62,215 nucleotides of DNA, from NCBI GenBank assembly GCA_023438785.1, contig JAEXQJ010000176.1, positions 1 through 62,215 on the forward strand. The letters run 5' to 3'. The DNA is from Pseudomonadota bacterium. Lineage in GTDB: Bacteria; Myxococcota_A; Polyangia; Fen-1088. This document shows positions 45,866 to 55,578 of the stretch, in pieces; the stretch's first letter is position 1, and each line of letters begins with the position of its first letter. The notes under the pieces are model-generated. The model was given only the letters and a program-made list of their open reading frames with translations, was not told where the DNA came from and did no database searches. Both the position numbers and the translations under genes were made by a program.

Positions 45866-48174
45866 GCTGCGACCTTCCCAGTATTCACGGTGAAGCTGAA
45901 CGTGCTGCCCACGCCGAGCGTGCTTTCCACGCCGATGGTGCCGCCCATCAGCTCCACGAGACGACGACAGATCGAGAGACCGAGGCCGGTGCCTTCGTGC
46001 TTGCGGGTCAACCCAACCGCCACCTGCCGGAACGGCTGAAACAAGGTGGTGATGTCTTGCGGGCTGATGCCCATGCCGGTATCGCGAACCGATATTTCCA
46101 GTCGGGTCTCGCGCATGGCCGCCGTGATGATCACCTCGCCCTTGTCGGTGAACTTCAGCGCGTTGCCCACCAGGTTGAGCAGGATCTGCTCTGTTCGGCG
46201 ACGATCCCCACGAATGGGACCGATGTTGTCCGGCACATCAGCGCGCAGAAGCAGGCCCTTTTTGTCGGCCAGCGGGCGCAGTCCCGAGACGCAACTGGCG
46301 ATCGAATCACGAATGTCGAAGGTCTCCAGGGACAGCGTGAGCTGCCCAGCCTCGATCTTCGAGATATCCAGGATGTCGTTGATGAGGGCCAGCAGGTGAC
46401 GTGCGCTGGTCTGGACCATCCCGAGTTGCTTGGCCTGCTCCGGGTTCAAGCCCCCGGCCAAGCCCTGCAGCAGGATGCCGGTGAACCCGATGATGGAATT
46501 GAGCGGGGTTCGCAGCTCGTGTGACATGGTAGCGAGGAAGGTTGACTTGAGGCGGTCGGCCGACTCGGCCGCTTCTTTGGCCACGCTCAGCTCGTGGGTT
46601 CGTTCGAGCACCCGTTCCTCCAAGCGGGCGTGGGCTTCGGCCAAGGAGGCATGGGCAACGTCGTGTTCGCGTTGCATGCGAATGGCTTCCATGCCGTAGG
46701 AAATGGTCGATCCGAGATCCTCCAGGACTCCAATCTCGGTGTCGTCGAAAGCATTGGCTTCCGCGGCGTAGATGAGCAACACGCCGAACACGCTGCCGGA
46801 AACCACGAGGGGCACGGCGATGGCCGCGGCGAAGTCGGTCGTGCTGAGCGCCTCGCGCCACGGGGAGAACGCCGGGGTGTTGCGCAGATCTCGTGCGACC
46901 GCCGGGGTTCGCGTGCGGATGGCGCGGCCCGCGGTACCCTGGCCCTCTGGACCGTCGCCCCAGGTGACGGAGATCTTGGCAAGGAATTCCTGGGCCCCCG
47001 GACCCGCGAAGGCGATGGCTCGAACCGTCCTCCTCTCGTCCTGTTCTGCGCGGCCGATCCAAGCCATGCGGTACCCGGCCGCCTCGACCGAGATGCGGCA
47101 GACACTGGCGAGCAGGGTCTCCTCGTCTTTGGCGCGAACCACCGCGCCTTTGACCAGGGAGAAGAGTCGCAGGGCTCGGTTGCTACGCAAGAGCGCGGCT
47201 TCCGTCATGCGCCTGCGCTCGACTTCGGCGCTGCGACCGTGGGCCACATGAAGGATGTTGAGAAGGAACAGGGCCAGGACCAGCGAGATGCCACTGCCGA
47301 AGAGAAAGACCGAGGAGCGGAAGGGCCGAAAGGCAACCCATCCGCCGAGGGGGCTGGCCGCCATCTGCCAGTGACCGCTGGGCAGAGACACCTCGGCGGA
47401 GACCGCGCCCGAGGCGAACAGCTCGGATTCGCCGTAGAAGGCCGCTCCTTTGGCCCCGGTCCCGTCGAGCCCGCGTATGGCCAGGCGAAGGCTTTTGCTG
47501 GATTCCGCGAGAGTCGTACGCGCCATCAGGGCGGGGAAATCGATGACCGTCGAAACCAAACCCCAGTACCGGGGCTCGGCACCCGGGGCCGTCTTGTCGG
47601 CGACGTAGATCGGGGTGCGTGCGATCACGCCTTGCCCCCCTTGGACCAGAGGAACCGGACCCGCGACGATGATGCGCTTCTCCGCCATCATCCGTTGCAC
47701 GCTGGGCCACTGCTTCGGGCTTTGGGCATAGGCAAAGCCGAGCGCCGGCCGGTTCACCTCCACGGGATAGACGCTGCGGATGACGTTGTCCGGAGCCAGC
47801 GCGATGTTGCGCATGACGCTGCTCCGACCGAGCAGGTCGGCGGCCAAGGCCTGAAAACGCTTCTCTGGGATCTCGCCGTCGACGGTGACCAGGCTGGCGA
47901 TTCCTTGGGTCAGATGGATGGCCGCGAACAACTCGCGGCTCAGCTCGGCGCGGACGGGCTCGATGCGCGCGCGCACCTCCTCGCGTTGCCTGTCCACTTC
48001 TGCCTGGTGGTATTGCGATGCGAGCGCGTAGGCCGCCCCAATCCCAACCGTCAAGAACAACACTGGCCAGGCAGCGAGTCGCAGAAAAGCATATCTTCGG
48101 CTCGGAGAGCTGTGCCCTGGGGGAGTACGGACGGTGTCGACCGTCCTCGCGGCATCCACTGCGCCTGCTGCCAT
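45862..48174 (-). CDS. sensor histidine kinase with a periplasmic CHASE domain, cytoplasmic GAF, HisKA and HATPase
   Basis: TM, then [28 protein letters not shown]...[23 protein letters not shown] (CHASE pattern), then a second TM. A GAF-like region follows (MAWIGRAE...AVPLVV), then H-box [11 protein letters not shown] and G-boxes. Confidence 0.82.
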   Translation of the reverse strand: MAAGAVDAARTVDTVRTPPGHSSPSRRYAFLRLAAWPVLFLTVGIGAAYALASQYHQAEVDRQREEVRARIEPVRAELSRELFAAIHLTQGIASLVTVDGEIPEKRFQALAADLLGRSSVMRNIALAPDNVIRSVYPVEVNRPALGFAYAQSPKQWPSVQRMMAEKRIIVAGPVPLVQGGQGVIARTPIYVADKTAPGAEPRYWGLVSTVIDFPALMARTTLAESSKSLRLAIRGLDGTGAKGAAFYGESELFASGAVSAEVSLPSGHWQMAASPLGGWVAFRPFRSSVFLFGSGISLVLALFLLNILHVAHGRSAEVERRRMTEAALLRSNRALRLFSLVKGAVVRAKDEETLLASVCRISVEAAGYRMAWIGRAEQDERRTVRAIAFAGPGAQEFLAKISVTWGDGPEGQGTAGRAIRTRTPAVARDLRNTPAFSPWREALSTTDFAAAIAVPLVVSGSVFGVLLIYAAEANAFDDTEIGVLEDLGSTISYGMEAIRMQREHDVAHASLAEAHARLEERVLERTHELSVAKEAAESADRLKSTFLATMSHELRTPLNSIIGFTGILLQGLAGGLNPEQAKQLGMVQTSARHLLALINDILDISKIEAGQLTLSLETFDIRDSIASCVSGLRPLADKKGLLLRADVPDNIGPIRGDRRRTEQILLNLVGNALKFTDKGEVIITAAMRETRLEISVRDTGMGISPQDITTLFQPFRQVAVGLTRKHEGTGLGLSICRRLVELMGGTIGVESTLGVGSTFSFTVNTGKVAA

Positions 48175-48379
48175 GGGGAGCCCTCGAGGACATCGTATCC
48201 CAAATGCGTCCCGTCTTGCTGCACCTTGTGCATGGGCCGGGGGCCGCGGGCTGGGTGAGGCTCGACTCTCCGATACAGAAAGACCCTAGTTCGGACGATT
48301 GGACAGCCGAGGGGGGAATTGCCTCGGGGCCCGTGAGGCGTAGTGTCTGGAGAGCAGCCCACTTGCAAGGAGACGTCAG

Positions 48380-50050
48380 ATGCAGCGTTTGATTCGGACA
48401 TCGCTGGCTCTTCTGGCCGCCGTCACCGTGCCCCTCGCGTCGTGTTCGAGCTCGAGCTCCACGGACAACCCTGGAACGGGCGGTATGCACGCCTCGGGTG
48501 GGGCCGGGGCTGGTGGGCAGCCAGGCCTGGGCGGCGAGCCCGGCTCGGGAGGGGCATCGGGCTCGGGTGGTCGCGCCGGTTCGGGAGGCTCGGGAGGGAC
48601 AGGCGGAGCGCCGGGGAGGGGAGGCTCGGGAGGGGCCTCGGCCTCGGGCGGCCGGAGCGGGTCGGGAGGAGCCAGCGGCTCGGGCGGAGCGTCGATCACG
48701 GGCGGCAGCGGCGTCGGCGGAGGGGTGACGGGCGGAAGTCCGACCGGCGGAGTCGCGGGCACGGGTGGGACAGCGGGCACCGGAGGCGCGGGCCAGCCCG
48801 ATGGGGGCGTCCTCAACCCCACGGTTTGCAGCACGGGCACGGCGCAATCTGGCGACGTGACGGTCGACCTCTCTGGTCTTCAGCAGAAGATCACCGGTTT
48901 CGGCGTGTCCTCGGCTTGGGCCGGCAACTACGCCAACGCGTCGGATCCCGACTACCTTTGGTCCACCACGACGGGGGCCGGTCTGACGTTGCTCCGCATC
49001 CGATATGGCGACGGGTTGGCCATCGCCCAGGCTGCCGCCAAGGCCGGTGTGACGGTGTGGATGACGCCCTGGGGGACGGGATCGAACGGTTCTCCTGGCG
49101 GCCCCTTCACCACCACCCAGAACAACCCCAACGGCTGCACCTCGGGCAGCATGCCCGTGCTCACGAACCCAGCCGGTCTCGCGGACGCTCTCGTCACGTG
49201 GGTGCAGAACGCCAAGAGCAAAGGGGTGCCGATCTACGCCGTGTCCGCCGCGAACGAGCCGGATAGCTGCGGCATCAATCAGACCACGTCTTACTCGGCC
49301 GCGCAGCTCGCTGCCTGGATCAAGGTCCTCGGTCCCGCCATGGCAGGGATCGGCGTCAAAGTCATGGCGCCAGAGACGATGAACGCCTGTGGATTCACCA
49401 GCTACTTCAACGCCATCAAGAACGATTCGGCCGCCTGGGACGCCGTCAATATCTTCGCGAGCCACGAATACGGGTGCGGAACCCTGCCCGCCCAACCGTC
49501 GTTCGCGTCCGCGGGCAAGGAGTACTGGGAGACGGAGGTCGACACGGGAGCTGGCAGGGGCGACTCGACGGGAGACGGTATCGCGAGCGCGCTGCCGATG
49601 GCCACGACGCTTCACAACGACCTCACCAAGGCCAATCTCAACGCTTGGCACATCTGGTGGCTGTACAACGCCAGCGGTAACGGCGGCTGCCTCTATGACA
49701 CGACCACGAAGTCGTGGACCAAGCGGCTGTGGGTCTTGGGCAACTACTCGCGCTTCGTGAGGCCTGGCTTCATGCGGGTTTCCACCTCGGGAAGCGCCCC
49801 GTCGGGAGTCTTGGTGAGTGCCTATCGGAACCCGGCGGACGGGACTGTGGTCGTGGTGGCCATCAACAGCAACACCTCGGCGACCCCGCTTTCGCTCTAC
49901 ATCTCGGGCGTCGTCCCTTGCAGCATGACACCGTGGGTGACGTCGGCCGCCGACAACCTCGCCGCCAAGAGCGCCATCACGGTCAGTGACGCCCGCTTCA
50001 GCGCAACCCTCGCCGCCCAGAGCGTCACGAGCTTCGTGGGCAAGCCCTGA
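48380..50050 (+). CDS. lipoprotein glycoside hydrolase family 30 (xylanase / beta-1,6-glucanase type) behind a long Gly-rich linker
   Basis: Lipobox PLASC and an about 110-aa Gly/Ser/Ala linker. GFGVSSAW, SAANEPD (acid/base Glu), EYWETE (nucleophile Glu) and a C-terminal beta-sandwich (VVVVAINSN). Confidence 0.8.
   Translation: MQRLIRTSLALLAAVTVPLASCSSSSSTDNPGTGGMHASGGAGAGGQPGLGGEPGSGGASGSGGRAGSGGSGGTGGAPGRGGSGGASASGGRSGSGGASGSGGASITGGSGVGGGVTGGSPTGGVAGTGGTAGTGGAGQPDGGVLNPTVCSTGTAQSGDVTVDLSGLQQKITGFGVSSAWAGNYANASDPDYLWSTTTGAGLTLLRIRYGDGLAIAQAAAKAGVTVWMTPWGTGSNGSPGGPFTTTQNNPNGCTSGSMPVLTNPAGLADALVTWVQNAKSKGVPIYAVSAANEPDSCGINQTTSYSAAQLAAWIKVLGPAMAGIGVKVMAPETMNACGFTSYFNAIKNDSAAWDAVNIFASHEYGCGTLPAQPSFASAGKEYWETEVDTGAGRGDSTGDGIASALPMATTLHNDLTKANLNAWHIWWLYNASGNGGCLYDTTTKSWTKRLWVLGNYSRFVRPGFMRVSTSGSAPSGVLVSAYRNPADGTVVVVAINSNTSATPLSLYISGVVPCSMTPWVTSAADNLAAKSAITVSDARFSATLAAQSVTSFVGKP
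48473..48800 (+). repeat. Gly/Ser-rich low-complexity linker coding repeat with reiterated ggc-tcg-gga-ggn units
   Basis: Encodes GTGGMHASGGAGAGGQPGLGGEPGSGGASGSGGRAGSGGSGGTGG... through TGGAGQPDGG. Confidence 0.65.
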
Positions 50051-50087
50051 GCTAGTCCGCGGAACGCGCGAGGCTCCGGTCAGCCGT

Positions 50088-53000
50088 CTACATACCCGGA
50101 TCGGCGCCCGTGCCTCGCTCGTCGAGGGCTCTCTCCAGTGTCTCCATGCTTGGGGGCTTGGCCAGGTGGCGGTCAAATCCAGCTTCCCTGGAGCGGGCCA
50201 CGTCCTCCTGCAGGGCGTACCCACTGAGCGCCACCAGGTGGATCGAGCGCAGCGCGGGATCGGCGCGCAGCTCCCGGGCCACGCTGTAGCCATCCAGCTC
50301 GGGCAGGCCGATATCGCAGATCACGGCATCGGGCGTGAGCTGCTTGGCTTTGTCGATTCCCTCCCTGCCGCCGAAGGCGACGAACACCTCGTGGCGATCC
50401 AGCTCGAGTGCCTCCTTGAGGCTGATCGCGGCGTCGCGGTTGTCCTCGATGACCAGGATGCGGTTTGGGCGTCGACCCTGCGGCGCTGCCTTGGACGGGC
50501 TGCTCCTCACCTCGGGCTTCGGCTCCACGGGCAGGCGCACGGTGAAGGTCGATCCGAGCCCCGGCCCGTCGCTGCGGGCGCTGACGCTTCCGCCGTGCAA
50601 CTCGACCAGCCCTTTGACCAGAGCGAGTCCCAGCCCGAGACCTCCCCGGGTGCGTTCCAGGGTCCGGTCCGCCTGCACGAAGGGCACGAACAGCTTGTCA
50701 ACCAGCTCCCGCGCCATGCCCACCCCGTCGTCGCGCACCTCGATGACGGCCTGCCTATCGTCGCCGCGTTCGAGCGACAGGGCGACGTGTCCGCCCTCCG
50801 GCGTGAACTTGGCCGCGTTCTGCAACAAGTTGCCGACCATTTGCGCAATGCGCGTCCGATCGCCGTTCGCCGTCAGGGGCTCGGGCGTGATGTGCACCTC
50901 CAGGGCGACACCCGAGCGCTCGAACAGGTCGCGCAGATCCTCGGCCGCAATCCGGACCGAGGCATTGAGATCGAGGGCCTCTTTGCGCAGCCGCACCTTG
51001 CCCCTGGCGATGCGGGTGACGTCGAGCAAGTCGTCAATGAGATGCGCCATTTGTTGCACCTGCCGATCGATGACGGAGAGCGCGCGCTGGGCAGGTCCTC
51101 CACCGGGCGGCACGTGCCGGATGATGTAGACACTGTTGCGAATGGGGGCCAGCGGGTTGCGTAACTCGTGCGACAGGACGGCCAGGAACTCGTTCTTGCG
51201 CGCGTCAGCCGTCTCAAGGCTCTCCTTGGCCTGCGCGAGCTCGGCCTGCGCCTGCTTCTGGTCCTCAATGTCGGTGCAGGTGCCAAGCCAACGCGTGATC
51301 CGACCCGCGTCGTCTCGCAAGGGCAGCCCGCGTACCAGGAACCAGCAGTAGGCGCCGTCGCGTCCGCGGCGTAGTCGGAATTCGACCTCGTACGGTTCCC
51401 CGGTCTCCAGGCACCACCGCCACCGCGCCCGTATGCGCTCGATGTCCTCGGGGTGGACCAGCGTCGTCCAGAACCGGGCTCGGGCTTGCTCGACGGTGGT
51501 ACCGGTGTACTCGTACCAGCGCTGGTTCAGGTACTCCGATTGGCCATCGGCGTCCGTGGTCCATACCATCTGCGGCATGGCCTCCGTGAGCACCCGGAAC
51601 TGCTTCTCGCTGGCGCGTAGCGCCTCCTCGGCCTGCTTGATGGGCTCCAGGTTCGGGCTGATCGCGGCCCAGGCCAGCGGTTCGCCCCCTTCGCTCCGAA
51701 TCAAGAAGGCGTTCCACATGCTGTGGATGGGCTGTCCGGTCGCGAAGTTCCTGAGCCGGACCTCGCCCGACCAGGACCCGTGCCGACGAAGGGCCGGCAA
51801 CGCGTCCGCCTCGATGCGCGGCCGATCGTCGGGCCAGAAGCAATCCAGCATGTGCATCTGCGCGATGTCGCGCTCGCCCAGCCCCAGCATCAGGCGGCCA
51901 GCCTGGTTGATGTAGGACGGCTGCATGTCGGGCGCGTAGATGGTGATGCAGCTGATGGCATTCGACACCGCCGCGGCGAAGGTCCGCAGTTGCGCCTCCA
52001 TGCGACGTCGCTCAGTCACGTCCATCACGAAGGCGGCAAGCTCGCCCTGTCGCAGAGACGCAAAAGCAAGGAGCACGGGAATCCGCGAGCCGTCCGGGCG
52101 CACGTATTCCTTTTCGTAGAGTCCGGAAACGCCGCATTCCAGCGCCCGCGCGATGGCCTTGCGGTCCTTCTCCAGGTGCTCAGGTGGGGTCAGGCGGTCC
52201 CAGCGGAGCTCTCCTCGCCTGAGCTGTTCGCGCGAGCTGCCGATCATCTCGAGGTAGGCGTCGTTGGCGTAGAGAATGTGGCCCTCGACGTCAGCGAGCA
52301 CAGCGCCCAGCGGGTTGGCGTCGAGCACGCGCCCCAGCCGGCTCTCGCTCGCTCGCAGGCGCTCCTCGGCTTCCTTGCGCGCGTGGATGTCCGTCGCGGT
52401 CCCCATCCAGCGCACCGGCTCACCCGAGGGGTCCAGCACGGGCGCGATCCTCACCTCGAACCAGCGGTACTCGCCTCGCTGCGAGCGGTAGCGAAGCTCG
52501 ATCTGGTCCGGCACCTTCCTGGAGAATCCCTCCAGCCGGTGGCGTTGCGCGTGTTCCAGATCGTCGGGATGGATGAAGCTCTGCATGCCCGCTCGGTTCG
52601 TGTCCTCCAGATCCAAGCCGGTGTACTGGCGCCAGCTGCTGTTGACGTACTCCGCATTGCCGTCGGGGCCCACGACGAAGACCAGCTGGGCCATGGCCTC
52701 GGTCAGCGTGCGCATGCGCTCGGCGGTTCCGCGCTGCTCGCCCAGTGCGGCGGCTGCCGTCCGTCTAGCCCGCTGCAGTTGCGCGACCGCGAACACGACG
52801 GCAAGCGACGCGCTAGAGTAGGCGACCAAGGCGGCTAGGTCCCAGTGCAGAGAGAGCATCCACTCGTGTCTGGGTTCCGTGAAGCTGTACCAGAGCCCGA
52901 GCCCGCTGATGATCGCCGACAAGAGTCCCGGTCCAGCCCCGAGCGCAATCGTCAGCAAGGCCGTGGAGGCGACGCCAATCGAAAAGGCGGCCCCAGAGGC

Positions 53001-53105
53001 CAAATCAAGGGCAACCAGCGCGCCGAGCACGGCAGCCGAGCACGCAGCCGCCAACACGCATCGCAGGAGCAGGCCCCACCTGGGCCGTGCCCTAGCGGAC
53101 CGCAC
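50088..53105 (-). CDS. hybrid sensor histidine kinase: N-terminal 4-TM sensor-like domain, about four PAS/PAC domains, HisKA, HATPase, receiver
   Basis: Hydrophobic N-terminus (DUF4118-like), repeated PAS/PAC patterns (W...D.....W), H-box SHELRNPLAPI, DDGVGM/GGLGLGL boxes, and a C-terminal receiver (VIEDNRD...CDIGLPELDG...LAKP). Confidence 0.88.
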   Translation of the reverse strand: MRSARARPRWGLLLRCVLAAACSAAVLGALVALDLASGAAFSIGVASTALLTIALGAGPGLLSAIISGLGLWYSFTEPRHEWMLSLHWDLAALVAYSSASLAVVFAVAQLQRARRTAAAALGEQRGTAERMRTLTEAMAQLVFVVGPDGNAEYVNSSWRQYTGLDLEDTNRAGMQSFIHPDDLEHAQRHRLEGFSRKVPDQIELRYRSQRGEYRWFEVRIAPVLDPSGEPVRWMGTATDIHARKEAEERLRASESRLGRVLDANPLGAVLADVEGHILYANDAYLEMIGSSREQLRRGELRWDRLTPPEHLEKDRKAIARALECGVSGLYEKEYVRPDGSRIPVLLAFASLRQGELAAFVMDVTERRRMEAQLRTFAAAVSNAISCITIYAPDMQPSYINQAGRLMLGLGERDIAQMHMLDCFWPDDRPRIEADALPALRRHGSWSGEVRLRNFATGQPIHSMWNAFLIRSEGGEPLAWAAISPNLEPIKQAEEALRASEKQFRVLTEAMPQMVWTTDADGQSEYLNQRWYEYTGTTVEQARARFWTTLVHPEDIERIRARWRWCLETGEPYEVEFRLRRGRDGAYCWFLVRGLPLRDDAGRITRWLGTCTDIEDQKQAQAELAQAKESLETADARKNEFLAVLSHELRNPLAPIRNSVYIIRHVPPGGGPAQRALSVIDRQVQQMAHLIDDLLDVTRIARGKVRLRKEALDLNASVRIAAEDLRDLFERSGVALEVHITPEPLTANGDRTRIAQMVGNLLQNAAKFTPEGGHVALSLERGDDRQAVIEVRDDGVGMARELVDKLFVPFVQADRTLERTRGGLGLGLALVKGLVELHGGSVSARSDGPGLGSTFTVRLPVEPKPEVRSSPSKAAPQGRRPNRILVIEDNRDAAISLKEALELDRHEVFVAFGGREGIDKAKQLTPDAVICDIGLPELDGYSVARELRADPALRSIHLVALSGYALQEDVARSREAGFDRHLAKPPSMETLERALDERGTGADPGM

Positions 53106-53345
53106 GGTCCGCTCCCCTCCCAGTAGGAACGAGCGTATCCAGGCCCCGCAACACCACAGTGATCAGTCTGCCGGCGTCCGGGACAACCGCAAGCGCGGGC
53201 TCCGCTATTGGGCTACGCCTCGGCTGGCCCCCGTGCCGCGTAGTCCCCGGGGCCCCGAGCGGGGTTCCGCCGGCGTACCCGGCACCGCGGTCCCCGCCGC
53301 GGCCGGCTTTGCGAACCCGGGCCGGCTCGCTCGGGTCGGCGATCC

Positions 53346-54068
53346 TCAGGGCTTGGGCATCTTGAAGCGCGACGGCGAGATCTTCTCGTCGAAGGTCAGG
53401 TCGGTGATCTTGCTCTCCACGGTGGACGGCCCGGCTGTCATGTTTTCGCTAAACCAGGTCTTGACCCCGCGCACCTGACGCCAGTCACCGAACACGAGGG
53501 TGTACGGGATATCTCCGCCGGGCGAGGGCTGGGTGCCCGTTTGGAAGGCGCGCAGATGGGTGCTGGCGTCGAAGCAAAGCACGGCGGGTTTGCCCTGCTT
53601 CTTGCTGAGCTCCACGCATTCGACGGGCGTCGGCACGGGGGCAGGCGAGGGCGGCGGCACGCTGTTGACCTTGGTGTACAGCGACGCCAAGTCGGGCTCC
53701 GCGTTCCAGCGGGCCGCGATACGCGCCTCGTCCTCCTCGGCACCGCTCAGCTTGCGCAATCCGTACAACGGATCCTGAGACCAGAAGACCCGACCGTCGC
53801 TGCCCTGGCGAAACGAGCCCACGCCCACGAGAGTGGACACATTCAGGAAGCGGCCGTCCGCCGTGGCCCAGTGCTCGTCGTGACCGGTGGCGCCCTGGCC
53901 TTTGATGGTCAGGCTGCGCTTGATGTGCACGGTCTTGAGGCGCTTCCACGCCGCGGGTCCGCCGATGGCGCCGGCGTAGTCGGCCAGGACCTGGTCGGCC
54001 GGGCGCAGGGTGGCTGGGGTGGGCGCGGCGGCCGCAGCAGCTACGAGAAAGGCGAGGGCGTATGTCAC
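53346..54068 (-). CDS. hypothetical secreted protein (possible LolA-like fold)
   Basis: Short signal peptide and a beta-rich sequence. The start overlaps the stop of the upstream S41 peptidase gene (same operon). Confidence 0.5.
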   Translation of the reverse strand: MTYALAFLVAAAAAAPTPATLRPADQVLADYAGAIGGPAAWKRLKTVHIKRSLTIKGQGATGHDEHWATADGRFLNVSTLVGVGSFRQGSDGRVFWSQDPLYGLRKLSGAEEDEARIAARWNAEPDLASLYTKVNSVPPPSPAPVPTPVECVELSKKQGKPAVLCFDASTHLRAFQTGTQPSPGGDIPYTLVFGDWRQVRGVKTWFSENMTAGPSTVESKITDLTFDEKISPSRFKMPKP

Positions 54069-55501
54069 GGCGACTCCGATGCTCGGGCCATGTCCAGGGC
54101 GGCGTCAAGAACCACGTCGCGCCCGCCGCGCAGGGCCGCGCGCGTTTCGAAGACCCGACGATCCGGCTGCACGCCCCGGCCCTCGATGGATTGACCCTTG
54201 GGCGTGCGGAAGTCTGCCACCGGGATCTGGATCAGCGCTCCGCCTGGCAGATCCTGAATGATGGAGCCCAGCGCCGCGCCCGCCGACGTGTCGCCCACCA
54301 CCTGGGCGCGTCCTGCCTCCTGCAGGCCCGCGGCCAGGATCTCGGATGTGGAGGCCGTGCCCTCGTCGGTGAGGATGTAAAGGCGGCCCGTGAAAGGCTT
54401 GGTGCCGATGGCCTCTACCGTGGCCAAGGTGTTCGAGAAATCCCGATACTGGATGGTGCCCAGCGTGGTCGGCCGGGACACCAGGCGCGCGGCAACCGGA
54501 ATGGCCATGGGGCCGATCCCACCCGGGTTGCCGCGCAGATCGAGGATGAGGGCGTGCACATCCCGACGGCGGACGCCCTCGATGGCCTTTTGCACCTCGG
54601 TGAGAACGGGATCGAGCAGGAACACATTGAACGCGATCACGCCCACCGCGCCCACCTGCTTGACCTGCACCTCGGGCACCACCGGCGACATGTTGAGCAC
54701 CTGGCGAGGCGGCGCGGCCGGCGGGTCGCGATGCAACAGGACCTCGCCGGCCTTACCGCCGTTGTCCACGAAGCGGATGCTTACCGCGCTGCCCGTCGGT
54801 CCGCTCAGAAGGCGCGCGGCGAACTGGCGCAGGCGAAACCGCTCCTCCACCGGGCGCAGGGCGCGTCCCGAACGCGGCAGGGCATCCAAGGCGCGGCCCC
54901 CCACGTGTGTGACCACATACCCCGGCTCTAGCCCGGCGCGCGCCGCCGATGAGCCCGGACGCACGCGCGTGATGGTGGGCTTGCCCTCGATCATGCGCAC
55001 CAGCAGCCCGGGATCGCCAACCCCGCCGGTTTCCACCACGGGATCCGTCGCGCTCGCCACGGGCATGGCGGGACCTTCGGCCACCGGCACCACGGCCTCT
55101 TCGCCCGGTCCATGCACCTGCAGGTGCGACTGACCGAGTTGGCCCAGCATCTCGTTGAGCAGGCGGTAGAAGGTCGGCTCGTCGGGCGCGGCCAGGGCCA
55201 GGGGTTCGTAGCGGGCGCGCAGGGCGTTCCAGTCCAGGCCACCCAGGCTCTTGTCGAAATGCTTGTCGCGTACGGCGGTCCAGGCGCCCTCGAATATGCC
55301 CCGGCGGAGCTGGCTGCGCACCGAGCCCGGATGGGCCGGATCGCGTCCCGCATCCTGCGTCGGCTGCACGGGCTCGAAAGCCGGCGGCTGCATGAGGGCC
55401 GCATCGGGGCCGGGCTGAGCGGCCTGGGGCGGCTCGGGTGCCGGCGTGCGACCCGCGCAGGCAGACATCAGCAGGAGGGCGATGAACGTGCGTCGAAGCA
55501 T
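54065..55501 (-). CDS. S41-family C-terminal processing peptidase with a PDZ domain (lipoprotein)
   Basis: Lipobox LLMSAC, a PDZ segment (GLEPGYVVTHVGG), LDLRGNPGG, and TDEGTASTSEILAAGLQ (Ser nucleophile region). Confidence 0.88.
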   Translation of the reverse strand: MLRRTFIALLLMSACAGRTPAPEPPQAAQPGPDAALMQPPAFEPVQPTQDAGRDPAHPGSVRSQLRRGIFEGAWTAVRDKHFDKSLGGLDWNALRARYEPLALAAPDEPTFYRLLNEMLGQLGQSHLQVHGPGEEAVVPVAEGPAMPVASATDPVVETGGVGDPGLLVRMIEGKPTITRVRPGSSAARAGLEPGYVVTHVGGRALDALPRSGRALRPVEERFRLRQFAARLLSGPTGSAVSIRFVDNGGKAGEVLLHRDPPAAPPRQVLNMSPVVPEVQVKQVGAVGVIAFNVFLLDPVLTEVQKAIEGVRRRDVHALILDLRGNPGGIGPMAIPVAARLVSRPTTLGTIQYRDFSNTLATVEAIGTKPFTGRLYILTDEGTASTSEILAAGLQEAGRAQVVGDTSAGAALGSIIQDLPGGALIQIPVADFRTPKGQSIEGRGVQPDRRVFETRAALRGGRDVVLDAALDMARASESP

Positions 55502-55578
55502 GGCGCCTGAGTATAGGCTCTGCTCGCGCGCCCGCCGGTGGAAGAGGTCGGGATCCGCGTCGGGACGCGTTCTGACGT

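Noticed and set aside
48473-48800. Periodic DNA repeats that might suggest a CRISPR array or minisatellite
   Set aside because: They lie inside an open reading frame and simply encode a Gly/Ser linker. There are no constant-length direct repeats with unique spacers, and no cas genes anywhere in the window.
47183-50293. 1036-aa minus-strand ORF, the longest in the track
   Set aside because: It runs antisense to the GH30 gene, which has clear catalytic motifs on the plus strand, and across an intergenic spacer. Its product is an Arg/Gly/Pro/Ala-rich low-complexity string typical of shadow frames in GC-rich DNA.
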